Below, one piece after another: positions 49,030 to 64,000 of a DNA stretch of 64,000 bases (positions are counted from its first letter, which is position 1; every line of letters begins with the position of its first letter). The DNA comes from Chrysomallon squamiferum. Its lineage: Eukaryota > Animalia > Mollusca. The DNA is taken from contig CM022673.1 of NCBI GenBank assembly GCA_012295275.1, positions 9,734,001 to 9,798,000 on the forward strand. Direction: 5' to 3'. The position numbers and the translations under genes are program-made. The notes beneath the pieces are model-generated. The model saw nothing but the letters and a program-made list of their open reading frames with translations. It was not told where the DNA came from and ran no database searches.

Positions 49030-50892
49030 ATATGTATGTATGTAAGTATATATATATATATACGTGTGTATATGTTTATATATATATATTCAATCATGAT
49101 ATATACACACATATACGTATACACACACATGTGTGTGTATGTGTGATTATATTTATGTTCATGTTTGTTCATACGCCCGTGAGGACATATGAACAGTTTA
49201 CATTCACACAAAGTTATGACACAATTTTATTGGTTACATTTTTTGACTATAATCAGCTGATCTTTCATATTCATCTTTCTTCAGACAGGAAACTACTCCA
49301 TGTATACAGTGGTAGATAGAAAAACGAAAAACAGCCAAATGGATTCATTATGGACGATTGTACCATTCATTTCATAACTGAGTCTATCATTCTACTATTC
49401 ACGTACTTTAAGACAGACGATCAGGTACTTAGCTATTCTACGTAGAAATAATCAACAATTAACACTATTGTGTGACGAAGCCGGATTAATCATGATGAAT
49501 GTGTTTCTTTTTCCTTTTCTTTTTGTATTGTTAAGAAAAACAATGGAGTCCATTATGGAAAGACGTGAAATTTCAGAGCTATTGAAAAATCTGACAGAAG
49601 TCATCAGTGTTGAGTTTAATAGTTCAAATTTTCTGTTACGGAGATTTTATTTTCAAAGAATATTTGAAAACCAAACTGTTGACCATAAGCTGCGGTAAAA
49701 TGAAGTGGAACATAAAACTAAGGCTAATTTACAATGCAACATAATACTAAAGCTAGACAAACTCTTTTGTAGAGGAACAACGGGAACAAACTGTACATTT
49801 GTAACAAAAGGTTTATTCATTTTTCAACCTAGATGGCCACGACTCGTGTTAATTTTGATGTCCGCTTAATAGCTTCCTTAAGAAAACAAAGAAAATGCTT
49901 TTTAAGGATTAGCAATCCAATTTGTTTTCCAGGATGAGAGTAAAGGAAATAAAAACATTAATTACTGGATTAATAACGAACAGGAACGGAATTAAATGGA
50001 ATGAATTTTGTGTAAAGTCAAATAGATGTTTTAACGGAAAAATTAAAATATTAGCAGTTATCAGATATTAAGCCAAGGACTGCTGATAAACATGAGAAAG
50101 GAAACCGTAAACAGCCAGTCAATGATTAGTAGCACCTTCCCACAGACAGCGTCGTTGATAACCATTGTGGCACAAAATGGAATAAAAGAAAATAGCTCAA
50201 AGTGCTTTCTTAGGATGAATGATCCAGCGCTCCAACCACTGAACTATAGCAAGCTCCATAAAGATTTGATCCATTGGTTTGGAAGAAAAACAAAAAATAA
50301 ATGATAATAAATAAATACATATAATGTTGTGTTGTTGTTGTTGTTGTGTTATTATTCTTATTAAGGTTCTTCTTATTATGATGATGATGATGATGATATT
50401 CCTGCTAAGGTACTTATACCTTCATACATTACATATTTCACGCCATGATGTTTTCTAGTTCTGTTATGTATTTTTTCCCCTCTCTCATCATTTCCTTTTT
50501 TTCCTTTTTTTATTATTTTTCTTATTATTAATTTCAGATATTACCTCTCATCACTTATAATAAACAATAACAGCCTTGGGGAAAAGCGAATATAAAACTG
50601 TTAAAGTATGACTATTGCACGAGTACATTGTTTTCTGAAACCGACGACTAGGATGAATCTACGACTGACAGGGAAAAGACCCGAGCTTTTAACGCTGTTT
50701 TAGTTTCTTTTCCTTAGTCGATCAGACGTCGGCAGTCATGCAGGTCGTATGTTTTACGTCATCGTTACCGATATGAGAACACAACAGCAGTCACAAATCA
50801 TTTGATCTAGAAATCTGTGTATCTGTTCTTGTCACATAATGTGTCGTACCGTCTTTATCCTTTTACGTGGTCACTGAAGCCATCAAGGAAGG

Positions 50893-50917
50893 TCACGTGA
50901 TGTTAAGAATGACGTCA
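50893..50917. promoter_or_regulatory. Adjacent E-box (TCACGTGA) and CRE (TGACGTCA) in a CpG-containing island upstream of the Hv S1 exon
   Basis: Exact palindromes at 50893-50900 and 50910-50917; another CRE at 53115-53122. Confidence 0.3.
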
Positions 50918-51139
50918 GACAGATTGATTAGCATCTATCTTCTTTAAGCGGTGAGCTTAGAGTTAGTTAATATGAGGATTATAGAAATTAATTCTGACAT
51001 TAATTCCTGTGTTAATGAAAATTAGTTTATATCCTAGAAAAAAAAAAAAAAAAAAAAAATTAAAAAAATATATATATGCAGAAAGAAAATTAGAGATAGG
51101 CAAATTAATAATTTTTTGTTTCGCATAATGATAATAATG

Positions 51140-51201
<62 letters not shown>

Positions 51202-51395
51202 ACAAAATAAATAAATATTATTAATGTAAAAGCTGAAATGGAAAATATCACGAAACACATATAGAAAAGTAATTCATCATTCACTTGTTATGATAGAACA
51301 TAACATGGAGTTATAAAAATGTGAGTATCATGACACACTTGTTATGACGTGGAACATAATGACATACGTTTTGCAGTAGGAATGGAAACCAAAAA

Positions 51396-51438
<43 letters not shown>

Positions 51439-52062
51439 AAAATCCAGAAGGACTGAAGACACAAATAAAGGAATTCAGACCATCATGAACTGTTAACGAT
51501 GAAGAACCATGACAGTCAGGAACCTTTTGAAAACTGGTCCGCTTAGTCACTGCCTTTAGTCTGAAGTTTTATGGCAAGCTCAATAGATGTCATTATGACG
51601 AAAGGTTTGTGAAAAGAAAAACGAGTGCATTTGTGTCAGCCGAAATCCGGTCAATGAAAACTTTTCTACTTGTTGGAAGTGCTATGAAAAACCGAAGTCT
51701 GGGTTCACCAGAACAAAAACGTAAGCAGACCCATATTTTATGGATCTATTTTAAACACAGTAGAAGTTAATGTTTGACACCGGTTTTTGCATTTTCTGCT
51801 TATAGTTAGAATACTGAGTAAGGACAAATATCGGATGAAAAGAACAACAAGAACTACCGCAGCAGCAACAACAGAATACATTACCATCATCAACGACAAT
51901 AATAAAACTACAGCTACTACTAGTACTTCTACTACTACTACTACTACTACTACCGCCACCATAACCAATACTACAACTACAATTATATATGCCATTACTA
52001 CTACTCTTACTACTACGACTACTACTGCTTCTAGTAAACTACTACAACTACTACTGCTACTG

Positions 52063-52115
<53 letters not shown>

Positions 52116-52445
52116 ATTAACAACAGTAGACACTATTTTGTGGAGATGTTTCAAAATCTGTAACATTTAAGACTGTAGAGCATGTGGAATTCTTTTTCTG
52201 TACATATTCTAAACAGTAAAAAATTTGGAGGAACAATATTAACACTAGGAAACTGTGACCGATATTTCATAGATTTTCTCAAACTGGTAACCAGTCTATG
52301 TTTACACCGGTGCAGACAGCCGGTTCTCTTGTACTTAGAGATTAAAAAAAAGACAAAAAAAAAAGAAAAAAAAAAAGAAGAAAATTAATAAGATCACTAA
52401 AGAAAATTTGCCATGGCGAAAATTGTGTTACGTTTAGCAAATCTA

Positions 52446-52510
<65 letters not shown>

Positions 52511-52667
52511 GCGTTTGAAATATATTAAAAACAGTTTTACAAAAGGTGAGTTTAAGCGATGAAATAATTTCTATTTATTGTGAGAATAGCTTTTTCTGTT
52601 TTTTATTTTTGTAACAATTTATTAGAGAAAATAAAATATAAAATAAATAGATTAAAGGCTAAATCAG

Positions 52668-52995
52668 AATAAAAAGAAGAAGAAAATAAAAAAGAATAAT
52701 AAAAAATTAAATTAATAAATCAGATATTAAGCCAGGTATTTAAAAAACAGAATTGTAAGAATGAAAAATGAAACATACAAAAAATTAATACTGAAAAATA
52801 TATGAATACCCCCAAAATTAAATAATATAATAAGAATAAGAATAAAAAGAAAAAGAAAATAAAAAAAGAATAATAAAAAAGTAAATTAATAAATCAGATA
52901 TTAAGCAAGGTATTTAAAAAGAGAATTGAAAGAATGAAAAGTGAAACACAAAAAATTAATACTGAAAAATATATGAATACCCCCCAAAATTAAAT
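52668..52995. repeat. ~170-bp tandem duplication
   Basis: AAATTAATAAATCAGATATTAAGC...GGTATTTAAAAA...TATATGAATACCCCCAAAATTAAATA occurs twice. Confidence 0.85.
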
Positions 52996-53659
52996 ACTAC
53001 TACTAATAATAATAATAATAATAATAATACTACTAATAATAATAATAAAATCAATAAATAAAAAAAAGTCGGCAATAAAATATTCTGTTTACAAAAACGT
53101 TCATTAAAGTACACTGACGTCAGTTATTAACTTCGTAAGAAGACACAAAATAACTATACCAGAAACTAATTTATCTGAAATGAATATATAATATGTACAC
53201 AATAACGTTAATAATTCGTTCAACAGAAAATGTTTCTCTAACCTTGACACAAGAATTAAAAAAGAATTTCATTACTATTCGGCAATCATCGCCGATCTAA
53301 TGGGCTGATTAAGTTATTCGTTGCTTTCCAATTTTGACGACTAGTTCCGAAAATATCCGACGTCATAGTGAGGCGAAAACAGTGTTTATCTAAAGGCGTG
53401 TACTGTTGTAAATTAGATAAGGTGACTTGCAGATTTTGCTGATAATTCTTTGAAGTTAAATGTTTCTTTCGTTTGATGACAAAACTAGACAGATTGATTG
53501 GTTTTTCTGTCGTCAGTTATCGTAGGTCAAATATCTGTTATTTCTCTCGACTAGACAAAAGCTGTGCTTGAAATTAAAAACATTAAGGAAGAATTGAGAA
53601 AAAATGTAACAAGTTTATGGTTATATTAACAATCAATGGGGTTAATTAACAGTCAAAAT

Positions 53660-54240
53660 GGTAAACTAACAAACCAAACTGTAAACTGGAAAAACAAATA
53701 GTAAACTAACAAACCAAACTGTAAACTGGAAAAACAAATTGTAAACTAACAAGCCAAACTGTAAACTGGAAAAACAAATAGTAAACTAACAAACCAAACT
53801 GTAAACTGGAAAAAACAAATTCTAAAAACCAAACTAAAAAACAAATTGTAAACTAACAAACCAAACCAAAACTGTTTTAAACTAACAAATGGTAAAAAAA
53901 CAAATTCTAAACTAACAAGCCAAATTGTAAACTAACAAACCAAACCAAACTGTAAACTGGAAAAAAACAATTGTAAACTAACAAACCAAACTGGAAAAAA
54001 CAAATTCTAAACTAACAAGCCAAACTGTAAACTGGAAAAACAAATAGTAAACTAACAAACCAAACTGTAAACTGGAAAAAACAAATTGTAAACTAACAAA
54101 CCAAACTGTAAACTAGAAAAAATCAAATAGTAAACTAACAAACCAAACTGTAAACTGGAAAAAACAAATTGTAAACTAACAAACCAAACTGTAAACTGGA
54201 AAAAACAAATTCTAAACTAACAAGCCAAATTGTAAACTAG
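53660..54240. repeat. 40-bp minisatellite made of two related 20-mers, ~14 copies
   Basis: GTAAACTAACAAACCAAACT + GTAAACTGGAAAAACAAAT(A/T). Confidence 0.92.
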
Positions 54241-54882
54241 GAAACGAAGTGACAGACGAACAAAAACAAATGCTCAACTAACAAGCCAAATGATTAACTA
54301 TCAAATGTTTATTTTATCAGCAAGGCAAAATGTCCAACTCATCCGAAAGGTTAAATTAGAAAAAAACAAATAACAAACTAACATGCTTTCAGAAAACAAA
54401 TATTTCAAAAAATCAACAACACCGGTTTTGAATTTCGCTTTCTCTTTTTAGCTTCTCTGAAATTGTGTTCGACAGATGAACTCTTTCTAACAATTAAACA
54501 AATTAATATATTTCGTTACCATAGAGATAACCTGATAACAGTTTTTGTCTTCCATGTTGGCGAAGGTCATCGGTGGATTCACGTCTGCACTCTTTTATGT
54601 GCACACACGAGCTCGCCAGATACGAAAATCAATAATATTTGTGGTGATCTACGACATCTTTCGGTAATTACTTCGAGACAAGCGGTGTGAAGTCAAGAGG
54701 TTTCTTTTACTTTGCAGTACCTATTCGTTTTTTTTTTTTTAACGGATAGGTGAGTAGATGGGTATCCAAATGGTAAGGTTTTAAAACAAAAATGTAGAGA
54801 AATAATGGCCGAAGTATGATATACAACGAGAGACGAATAAATGAAAAGGAAACGATAGAAATATACAGATAATGGATAAATG

Positions 54883-54960
<78 letters not shown>

Positions 54961-56969
54961 AAAAAAAATATAACATTGCATTATACAACATTATTACCAC
55001 TGTTACTACTAAAAGTATTATTTCTATAGTTTACATGCTAAGATTGTTATTATTATGAACAAGACCAACATCTAATACAATTACCACGATGACTAGAGTT
55101 ACGGCAAATGCTACAACTATTGCTGGTTCTAGGGAACTAATTACTATCGGTTATTTAGTGCAATTCATATTGCTGAAGATCAAACAGGTTGTCAGAAGTC
55201 ATCAAGCGGGAAGGGATCTTTCATATACAACCTTCTCACCAACAGCAAAACACACACCATAACCTTTTACAGAGATACTATTCGTCTTTTTTCTGTGATG
55301 ATATTTATCATCGGAATCTCGTCTTTTCTTTTTGAATAAAATAAATTTTTCATTTTTTTTTTCATATCTCTTTCTGCAAAATGCTAATTTCACAGCTGTA
55401 TGAAAAAAAAAAAAAAAAAATAATAATAATAATAATTCTCATTATTTTAGTTTAAATCAAACTCAGATGTTGTTTACCGTAACTTTAAAGAACAATTAAA
55501 CAGAAATTACGTGTGGCAATAACAGCGTTGGACTGCAACTATAATTAAAGCTAATTGCTGACGGTTAGCCAGTGATTTGAACTTGGAGCTGGTCTTGAAT
55601 CCGAGATGACTAATGGCATGTTTTGATCTCCCACCGCAAATCTGACGCAAATAACTTTTGAATTATTGGTATAATCTCGCAATTAATAGTTTCCACCGTC
55701 TCCGGATTAAACTACAAAGTAAAAAAAAATGCGTGGATAGTATCGACGAGAAATGAATTATTATGTTTTGATGGTGCAAGGAATGGTTGTCTGCAGCGAT
55801 AGGCATATCTGTGAGAAAACTGTTTGTTTATGTCGGTCTGGTTTTAGCTGCAACAGTCCATCACGTTAATTTGTTGTGGATATTTCCATTTCCTTCGAAA
55901 AGCTCTGTTTCTTATTGTTCCTCTAGTTTATGAGTTGAAAACATTTTGGTGGTATATTGTTGCTTATTTCCGGTTCCAATAAGTACTCCTTGATTGATGG
56001 TAAATGGTATTATGTTTTTATTAGCAAAGAATCTGGGATTAATCGCTTTGAACTGAACTGAACTTTATTTACACTCTGGGCGTAATTCAAGGGAATTTCA
56101 GTTACACTTTATAAACGTAAATACATAATTGAATTAGATGGCCTATTCGTCATAGTAATGAGATATATAATGGTGTAAACACGTGCATATCAATAAATGC
56201 GTACTTATCTTTTCAGACATAATATATAATACACACACGAAAAAAAAAAAATCATCAAACTCCTTCTATCTCATGTTGGAATATTGTGGTTTATTTTCAA
56301 TTCAAGTTAAATATGCTTTGTTTAAATAGATTCGCAACCTCACTTGCAGTTGAGTGTTCTTCGGTTTTGTCGAATCAAACACCGTGGGAGAACAGCTGTG
56401 TGCAATTTCCTGTTCCAATAAGTTTGACAGATTTGTGTATAATGTCCTGACAATATGTATTTGAATTGTATATCTTGTTCTACGTACTTGTTACAATCTC
56501 TAAATCGCGAAATTTTTAATGCATGCAAATGCTATTTGAATAAACTGTGGTGCTTTTCTCTGACTATATATTTTGTTTGTTAACTGTTTTGTTTTTAACT
56601 GGTAAATGAAAAAATGACAGTGGTTTTTTGACGCTGTATGTGAACGACCAAGTTATGATGACCTGTAGAACAACTCGTGGAATGGCTCTTACAGGTTACT
56701 ATTGAAAATGTCAGATTTATGACACTTAAAGTCTTAATATAAATGTAAGGAGATTTGTTTCCTTGGATTTTTTTTTCTGACAAAACATAAAAAAAAAAAA
56801 ATAAAATAATAATAATTAAAAAATTTGTAAAAAAAAAAAAAAAAAAATTATAAATAAAAAAAAAATAATAATAATAATAAATAAAGAGAATAAAATGTTA
56901 TAAATAAAGTGAATAAAAAAAAAAAATAAAATTATAAAATGAATAAATTTTAAAAATATATATAAAAAT

Positions 56970-57001
<32 letters not shown>

Positions 57002-58325
57002 TAACAACAATAACAAAACAACAACAAAAAAAAAAACAATAACAAAAAAAGAACAAAAGTAAAAACATAGAGGAAAAGAAAAAAGAAGAAAACCAAACTG
57101 ACCAAAAAAAAAACCAATAAAAAAAAAAAAAATAAATTTAAAAAAAAATTCACAGTAAAAATTTCGTTTTACCCACATTAAGAGATTTATTTTAATTATC
57201 GGCAAAAATGAATTGAACAGGGATAAATTTAGAATTTGAGAACGAAAAAGAAACTGAGAATACAACAAATAAACAGAGAGAATGAGAGAGAAACAGAGAA
57301 TAGCGAAAACGAGGGAACAACAGAGAAATGAAGAGGAAAACAGACTGAACGAGAGAGAAGAGGAAAAAGACAGAGTAAGAACAAGAATATAACTAATGAA
57401 ATGTGATAAAAAAAAATAAAAAAAATTAATAACAATAAAAAATAAAGAAGAAGAAAAGGAACAGAATTACTTCCTTGTTAACAGTGATTTCTTCATTCTG
57501 ATCTTCAATCATACGTTAAGCCGATTATCTGTGGCTTATCAGTAGACGATTTCAGTTAATCAATATGCAGAATAATTATGTAATTACCATGTCCAATTAT
57601 CTCCCTTTGTTACAGAAAGCTTTAACGGAAAGAATCTTTCCAAATATAAACTTAAAGACGCTCGACAAACTAACTGCAATGGCGAGTCACAAATGAAATT
57701 TTTTCTTCTATAATTATGCTTTACTCAGTAGGTAAATATTTTGTTGAAAATGTACAAATTAGATAAAACCTCATTACATATTTACAAAAGATTATTAATA
57801 TATTACATTTTTTTTTAAAGGATAAAATATAAAAAAAACTTAAAAATTTGAAATGTGCTAATTTTAAATGAAGGTTGAAGAACGTCTGCAGTGGGCACAT
57901 AATCCAGGCACATTCTCCATATCAGATACAACTGACTGCAAGCTGCTTGAAACAGTTTAATAATAATTTATATGTCGCAAAGCAAAATATAAAATAATAT
58001 AATAAGCCCACACTGTTTCTACTAGTTTTAAATCTCTTTGATAATTTTAATAATGTTAGGAGCTGTGCAAAGGGTACGTTATCTTTTCTGCTTGCTAAAG
58101 CAGCTAAAATATTTATATACGATAAAATAACTTTAAGAAGGAGCACATCATCTATAATATAATAAAAAAATTATTCTTTCTACTAGTCTGGGATTTCTTG
58201 ACATTTTTTTTTTTTTTTTTTTAAGAAGTCTTAAAGCCATTCTTGTTTTAAGCAACTCGATATTTATTATTCCTTAAATTACTATGATGGGTAACAAACC
58301 AGTCAGTATGAATATTATTTGATTC

Positions 58326-58670
58326 AAATCCTTTTGACGTTTCTTTGCCTGTATTGGAGATTATCAAAGGAAAGCAATTTCCTTTTCTACCCATCTTTAA
58401 GCCATTTAACAATTTATTTGTAGTAAAATATATTTAGAAACCAAAAAAACAAGCCCATCGCTGTATATGATACTATTTTTTGCTAACTATAAATCCTTTT
58501 GACGTATCTTTTGCCTGTGTTGGAAATTATCAAAGAAAAGCAATTTCCTTTTCTACCCATCTTTAAGCCATTTAACAATTTATTTGTAGTAAAATATATT
58601 TAGGAACCAAAAAACAACAACAACAAGCCCGCCGCTGCATATGATACTATTTTTTGCTAACTCTAAATCC
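58326..58670. repeat. ~165-bp tandem duplication
   Basis: AAATCCTTTTGACGT...CCCATCTTTAAGCCATTTAACAATTTATTTGTAG...ATGATACTATTTTTTGCTAACT repeated at 58326 and 58491. Confidence 0.9.
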
Positions 58671-59220
58671 TTGCACGTTTACTTTTAACCAGTCTTAACA
58701 AGATACTGATAGGCAAACGATCCTTAACTCTGTTTTCTCAAGACGTAGTAAAAACTATCTTTAATATGATAACAGGCAAATACTATTTTTGCTAGCGTTA
58801 AATCCTTAGTCATTTACGTAGCCAGCTATCTGTAGGATGAGCCACCATTTTGTGCATGTTTATGCAGCTTATTTATGGTAGAATAGTTTGTTTTGATCAA
58901 GCAGCCGTGAAGATCTCGGTTCTTCTGTTTATGCTATTCTTGAAGCTAGTAAGTAAGGTGTCAAACATAAACATAAAGCTGTGTCTATGGATGGTTAAAA
59001 ATGAATGTCTAGTTCTCGTGCTGTTTTTATGAAATGCTGAGAAACAAAATAAATAGATTAAATATTAAATCAGTAAATGCAATACAAATAAATGCATGAA
59101 TAAGTATACATATTTATCTTCATAGGTATATGAATACATACAGACAAACACATACATATAGACAGACGTATACGTGATACGCAAGTCTTCTAGTAATAGT
59201 GCTGTCAGCTAATTTTTGTA

Positions 59221-59267
<47 letters not shown>

Positions 59268-60250
59268 ACAGAATTATTCCTGTATCTTTATATACAAAAA
59301 AAAAAAATTCTCTCATAGAACTTATTCGCTTTAATTCGTAAGCATTAAAGACACTTCTTCTTTTTTTTTTTTTTTTTTTCGTTTTATTATTATTATTTTT
59401 TTTATCGTCTGCTCAAACTAATTGGTGTTTCTCTCGAAAACAAAATCATCGATCCGCTGCAGTCGCGATGTTTGACAAATCAAAAGTTAACACTGTTAGA
59501 GTATCGAGAACCAAGGCGAGTATTGAAACATCCCTCATAATCGTATAATGTTCTTACTGGCGAGATAAGACCCCGGTCAGTTTGGTGTAGAACGAAACAC
59601 GAAGAACTTGAAATGCGCGGAATAGATACTAGTATTTCCTCTTGTCTTTTGTGGATAATGTTTCATTGTTTTGGGGTTGTTGTTTTTTTGGCTTGTTTGT
59701 TATGTCGTATTTAAACTGACATTGATCAAGGGGCTGAGATAATTTTGTTTGTTTCGTTCTTTCTTTCATTTTTGTTTCTCTTCTTTCTTTCCACAAGCAC
59801 TACTATTACTAATTCTGCTGTTTGTACAAGTAGTATTTCTGTTACCTATGCTAGTCGTATACTACTTTTAACACTATAATTATTGCACCTACTACCACTA
59901 CATCTACTTCACAGTAATCTAGAAAATTATAATGGTGATGATGATGATGATAATCATCACTGTCATCATTAATTAATTTCCTTCGCGTTTTCACCATCGT
60001 AGATCATTTTATTTTGGGTTTTTTTTTAACAATAACCGCAAAAACAAAGGAATAAGATAAACAAGAACTACAACAACCCTGAATCCCGTACATAACTACA
60101 TCAACCAAGGTGAAGGTTACACTTAACGGAAATGACCTTCATTTTCATCCACAGAACTCGGTAATATTTGCTACATGGTGTAGGTTTCTTCTAATCAAAA
60201 TTTAATTTTCTCCACACAGTAACAAAGGAGCTACTTCATTTTCTTTTCTT

Positions 60251-60295
<45 letters not shown>

Positions 60296-60914
60296 CTGTC
60301 CATAATTATCCTTAGTTATCAAGTAAACGTCGATTGTGAAGACTCAAAAGTTTCTGACTTGTTTGTCTGAATTTTTTTTTTTTTTTTTCTAATCATGGAG
60401 AGGGGAGAGAAGTGAGAGAAAAAAAAAAAACTAAAAGGAAAACGATCTCTAATTGTGTTTTAAGATTGATTATCTGCCGAATAGCACTCTTGCGAAGCAC
60501 GTCTTTCTTAGAGAATCAAGGCTCAGAAACTCGAGGAATGGTTTTGTTTACTCGCCAAAAAGGTCTCCATTCAGAGCTGTGATTAACAGATCACCAGAGA
60601 GTCATATGTAGATTTAGCACCGTCTACGTAAAATGATTTAAAATTGATTTGCAATTTTCTGTCTGAAAAGATTATTCTTTGAGAAGAAATTCGATGGTCA
60701 GGGTAGAATGGATGTTAATGTGTAAATTTTGTATCAAAATAGATTGGAAGTCTTTGCTTTTCAGTGGTGTGTACGTGTAGGCATGTTTGTATGTGTGTTT
60801 GCATGTATGTATATGTATGTATATATGTATGTATGTATGTATGAATGCATGAATGTGTGTGTTTGTATCTGCATGTTTGCATGTATGTAAATATATATAT
60901 ATATATATGCATGC

Positions 60915-60947
<33 letters not shown>

Positions 60948-61925
60948 TGGATGTATGCATGATAATATATATGTATGTGTGTGTTTATATGTTAGTATAA
61001 ATTAATTTATTTGTGGTCCTTATTCATAATAAATGAAATTCCAAAAGATAATTAAGAGAACAACAAGGAAAAAACAAAACAAAGCAAAAAACAAACTCCC
61101 AACAAAATTGTTAAAAAAGTCCGAAATCGAAAACAATAACAACAACATAACAACAACAATACCACTCCTCCAACAGCAACAACATACAAAAAATACCCAG
61201 AAACTGAAAACAACAACAACAACAACATGAAAAAAAAAAAGCCCATATCATTCATAAAACAGTTAACAAAAAAAAAAAAAAAAAAAAAAATACATTACCA
61301 TTAACTTCTTCTTAATGAATGGAACTGTCTATAACTTTATGAAATTTGCGAATCTTTCTCTTGTAACTTAGATTTTATTAAATTTTCACTAGCACTGCTC
61401 TGTTATCATCGATTTCAATATAACACTGCCCAAGGGACATCATCGATCCGTTTTTAAGATGGAAGCCAGTTTCAAATCAGTTGGCAATTGCAAGTGACTG
61501 ATAACATAATAATGGAATATTAATGTGTTCTTTTTTTTTTTGTATAATAATATTAATATGCTTGCCTCCAGTGGTCTGACAAGATGCAGAGCGAAATAAG
61601 CGTAATTCCGTTTTATTATTCGTATAAATTATTTGGTTTCGTTTCTTACTGCCATTTACATATCGTATTATGTCAGTTTGTGCAGTTATCGAAGTAAATG
61701 TAATCATGAGCATACAGACAGACAAACAATCAAAAAGACAGACAGCTCGAAACGAAATATGTAGATATAGATGTATAGATAGATAAATAGATAAAAATAG
61801 AGATGGATACACAGACAAATATCAGTCTATTTGTATATATGTATTTATATCCCTGTATAAATCACAGATAGATAGAGAAACTAAAAAAAGACAAACAGGT
61901 AAAGAAAAATAATTTATATATTCAT

Positions 61926-61960
<35 letters not shown>

Positions 61961-63264
61961 TATATGGATAGGCTGGTGAATTTTAAAAAAGGTGATATTT
62001 CTAATCCAACTCCATCATCCATATACACTGTAGTATGATTGTATGTCTGTATGTTTTTGATTCCGTTTAATTATCCATCCATCCATACGACCTTTTGTCT
62101 ATCTATCTCTCTTTCATTTATTTAGTTCTCTGTTTCTCTGTATCTGTCTGACTGTCTGTCTGTGTCTATCTACATATCTATACATCTATCATTATCTAGA
62201 TATTTATGTTTTGCTGTAAACAAATAATGTATGCATTATGTTAGAGTATAAACGTACATTTGTAGGCGAGTTGCGTGGTTATTACATCACTTCTCTGGGA
62301 TTTCTTTCTGTGTGACTCTAATCGTAGCGTGGGTGCAAATCTACACACTCCAATACACATCTGATTTCCAGTCAAGAGATTTTTATTTTAATCTGTCAGC
62401 ACCTGCCTATCAGTTTGTTCTCAACAACAATGAAATGACGTAAGAAGTGTGTATTTATTTAGTCATTATTAATGAATGACGTAACAATAACTGCAGACAA
62501 TCTAGCTTACGTCATCTCGTTAGGTGTGGATGTCAATGTCAACCAGTGATATTAAGTACAACAATGTAATAAAGAAAACCCAAGCAATTAGTTCTGGCAA
62601 AACGAGTCACTCAAAATTTTTTTTTAGTCTCCAAAGTGATCATCTGTGTTCATTTTGTGTTAAATATTTAAATTATTCTTGTAATTTCTGAATTTTTACA
62701 ATTTTGATGACCTTCCAAAGCTCGGTCATTTTTTTTTTTTTAAATTCTGGTGTCGATAAATGTTCATGTCTTCAACTGTAAAATTTCATTCAAATATTTT
62801 AATTAGCTCTAAAAAGATTGGGAAGACAAGGATACTGTATTGTATGTCACGAAAGAGGTGTCTGAATCTTTTTTGTTTTTTTTTGTTTTTTGTTTTTGAA
62901 TGTGAGATCTTATCAAACAGAGACTGGCTGAAGACCAAATGTGAACTTGACGTCCAATGTCAAGTACATGTTAAGTAATAAACAGAAGATTATTAACAGC
63001 TGCTGCTGAAAGGATCTCCAGGAAAATAAACACGTCGTAGTGGTCAGTTCTCTTATACACTTTATCAAACACACGTATGCAGGGACACGTACATACACAT
63101 GTTGATACAGACAAAGAAAGAACGGTAGACAAATACACGGATAATACATGCATACATATATCATAAACACATACACACATACGTACACACTTACACACAC
63201 ACATATATATATAACTTGCATATAACCTACATACATACATATATATGCTCATATATATGCTCAT

Positions 63265-63313
<49 letters not shown>

Positions 63314-64000
63314 AACATGCACATACAAATATACATATATACTTACATACACAAATACATAATTACAAACATACATACACATACACACATATAAAACATG
63401 CCAACAATATGATGACAGATATATAAAGAAGGACATTTACAACACACATATAGAAAGACTGTAAGACATACGGATAAAAAAAAACTAAAAAAAAAAAAAA
63501 AAAAAAAAAAAAACGAATAAATACACAAAACACAATATGCAAACACACAGCAAAATTATATTGACATACTACAAGTCGACAGCCTTACTATACAGTAACA
63601 ACCGGTCTTGTTTTTTAAAAAAGTTTACGAGAAAACCAATCACGAATGGCAGATTTGCTGGTTTGATCGCAAAAACTAACAGAATGAACGTAAGCAAACA
63701 CACACACACACACACACACACCACCAGGCGAAGACTCGCAAAACACAGCTGAGTGACCATGAAGTGCAAAGTCTCAATTTGCCTGTCAGTCCAGAGCCAG
63801 TCAAGTACGTGTAACCTGTTTTGTTTGTTAGCGCCAGCCGCAGACCACCTCACTGATTCATCGAAATCATTCCATTCGACCTGAATCGAGTCGAGTCCAA
63901 TTAATGTCAGCTGCTTTGATTTCGACTGTTGACATCGGCTTTATGGATAATTTAAAGGAAATCCCGGCGATATGTTGTTACGTTTAATAATAACAAATTC

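Noticed and set aside
59558-59632. Phase-2 minus-strand exon candidate (YLFRAFQVLRVSFYTKLTGVLSR|GTAAG) for the Hv N-terminus
   Set aside because: Good donor but a purine-rich acceptor context and no start codon; unsupported.

Overview
AT-rich, microsatellite-dense eukaryotic (animal) genomic DNA with GT-AG introns. Repeat content and gene set point to a mollusc, probably a coleoid cephalopod (inference). Almost all short ORFs in the supplied track are microsatellite artefacts. Splicing exons by hand gives five genes. (1) The 3' end of an unidentified + strand gene (1-~4 kb). (2-4) A compact, co-oriented trio of non-homologous type II membrane (Golgi-type) proteins: a SAM-dependent methyltransferase (10949-12101), a core-1 beta-1,3-galactosyltransferase (T-synthase) paralogue that has lost its catalytic residues (13436-15447), and a DUF1647-like protein (18327-25324). 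(5) A convergent minus-strand voltage-gated proton channel of the molluscan Hv3 type (29462-48715, 5' end unresolved). The channel has Glu in place of the selectivity-filter Asp, an LPWRxxR S4, Met at the F150 position, a ~200-aa S1-S2 loop and a long phospho-motif tail. Also present are a 2.2-kb TA-flanked DNA transposon relic with pogo-like ends around a CxxH-type transposase, a ~0.5-kb MITE, SINE-like relics and several minisatellites. The strongest leads are the putative glycan-modification cluster (methyltransferase + pseudo-T-synthase + DUF1647) and the atypical Hv channel. All family calls come from motif recognition, not database searches.
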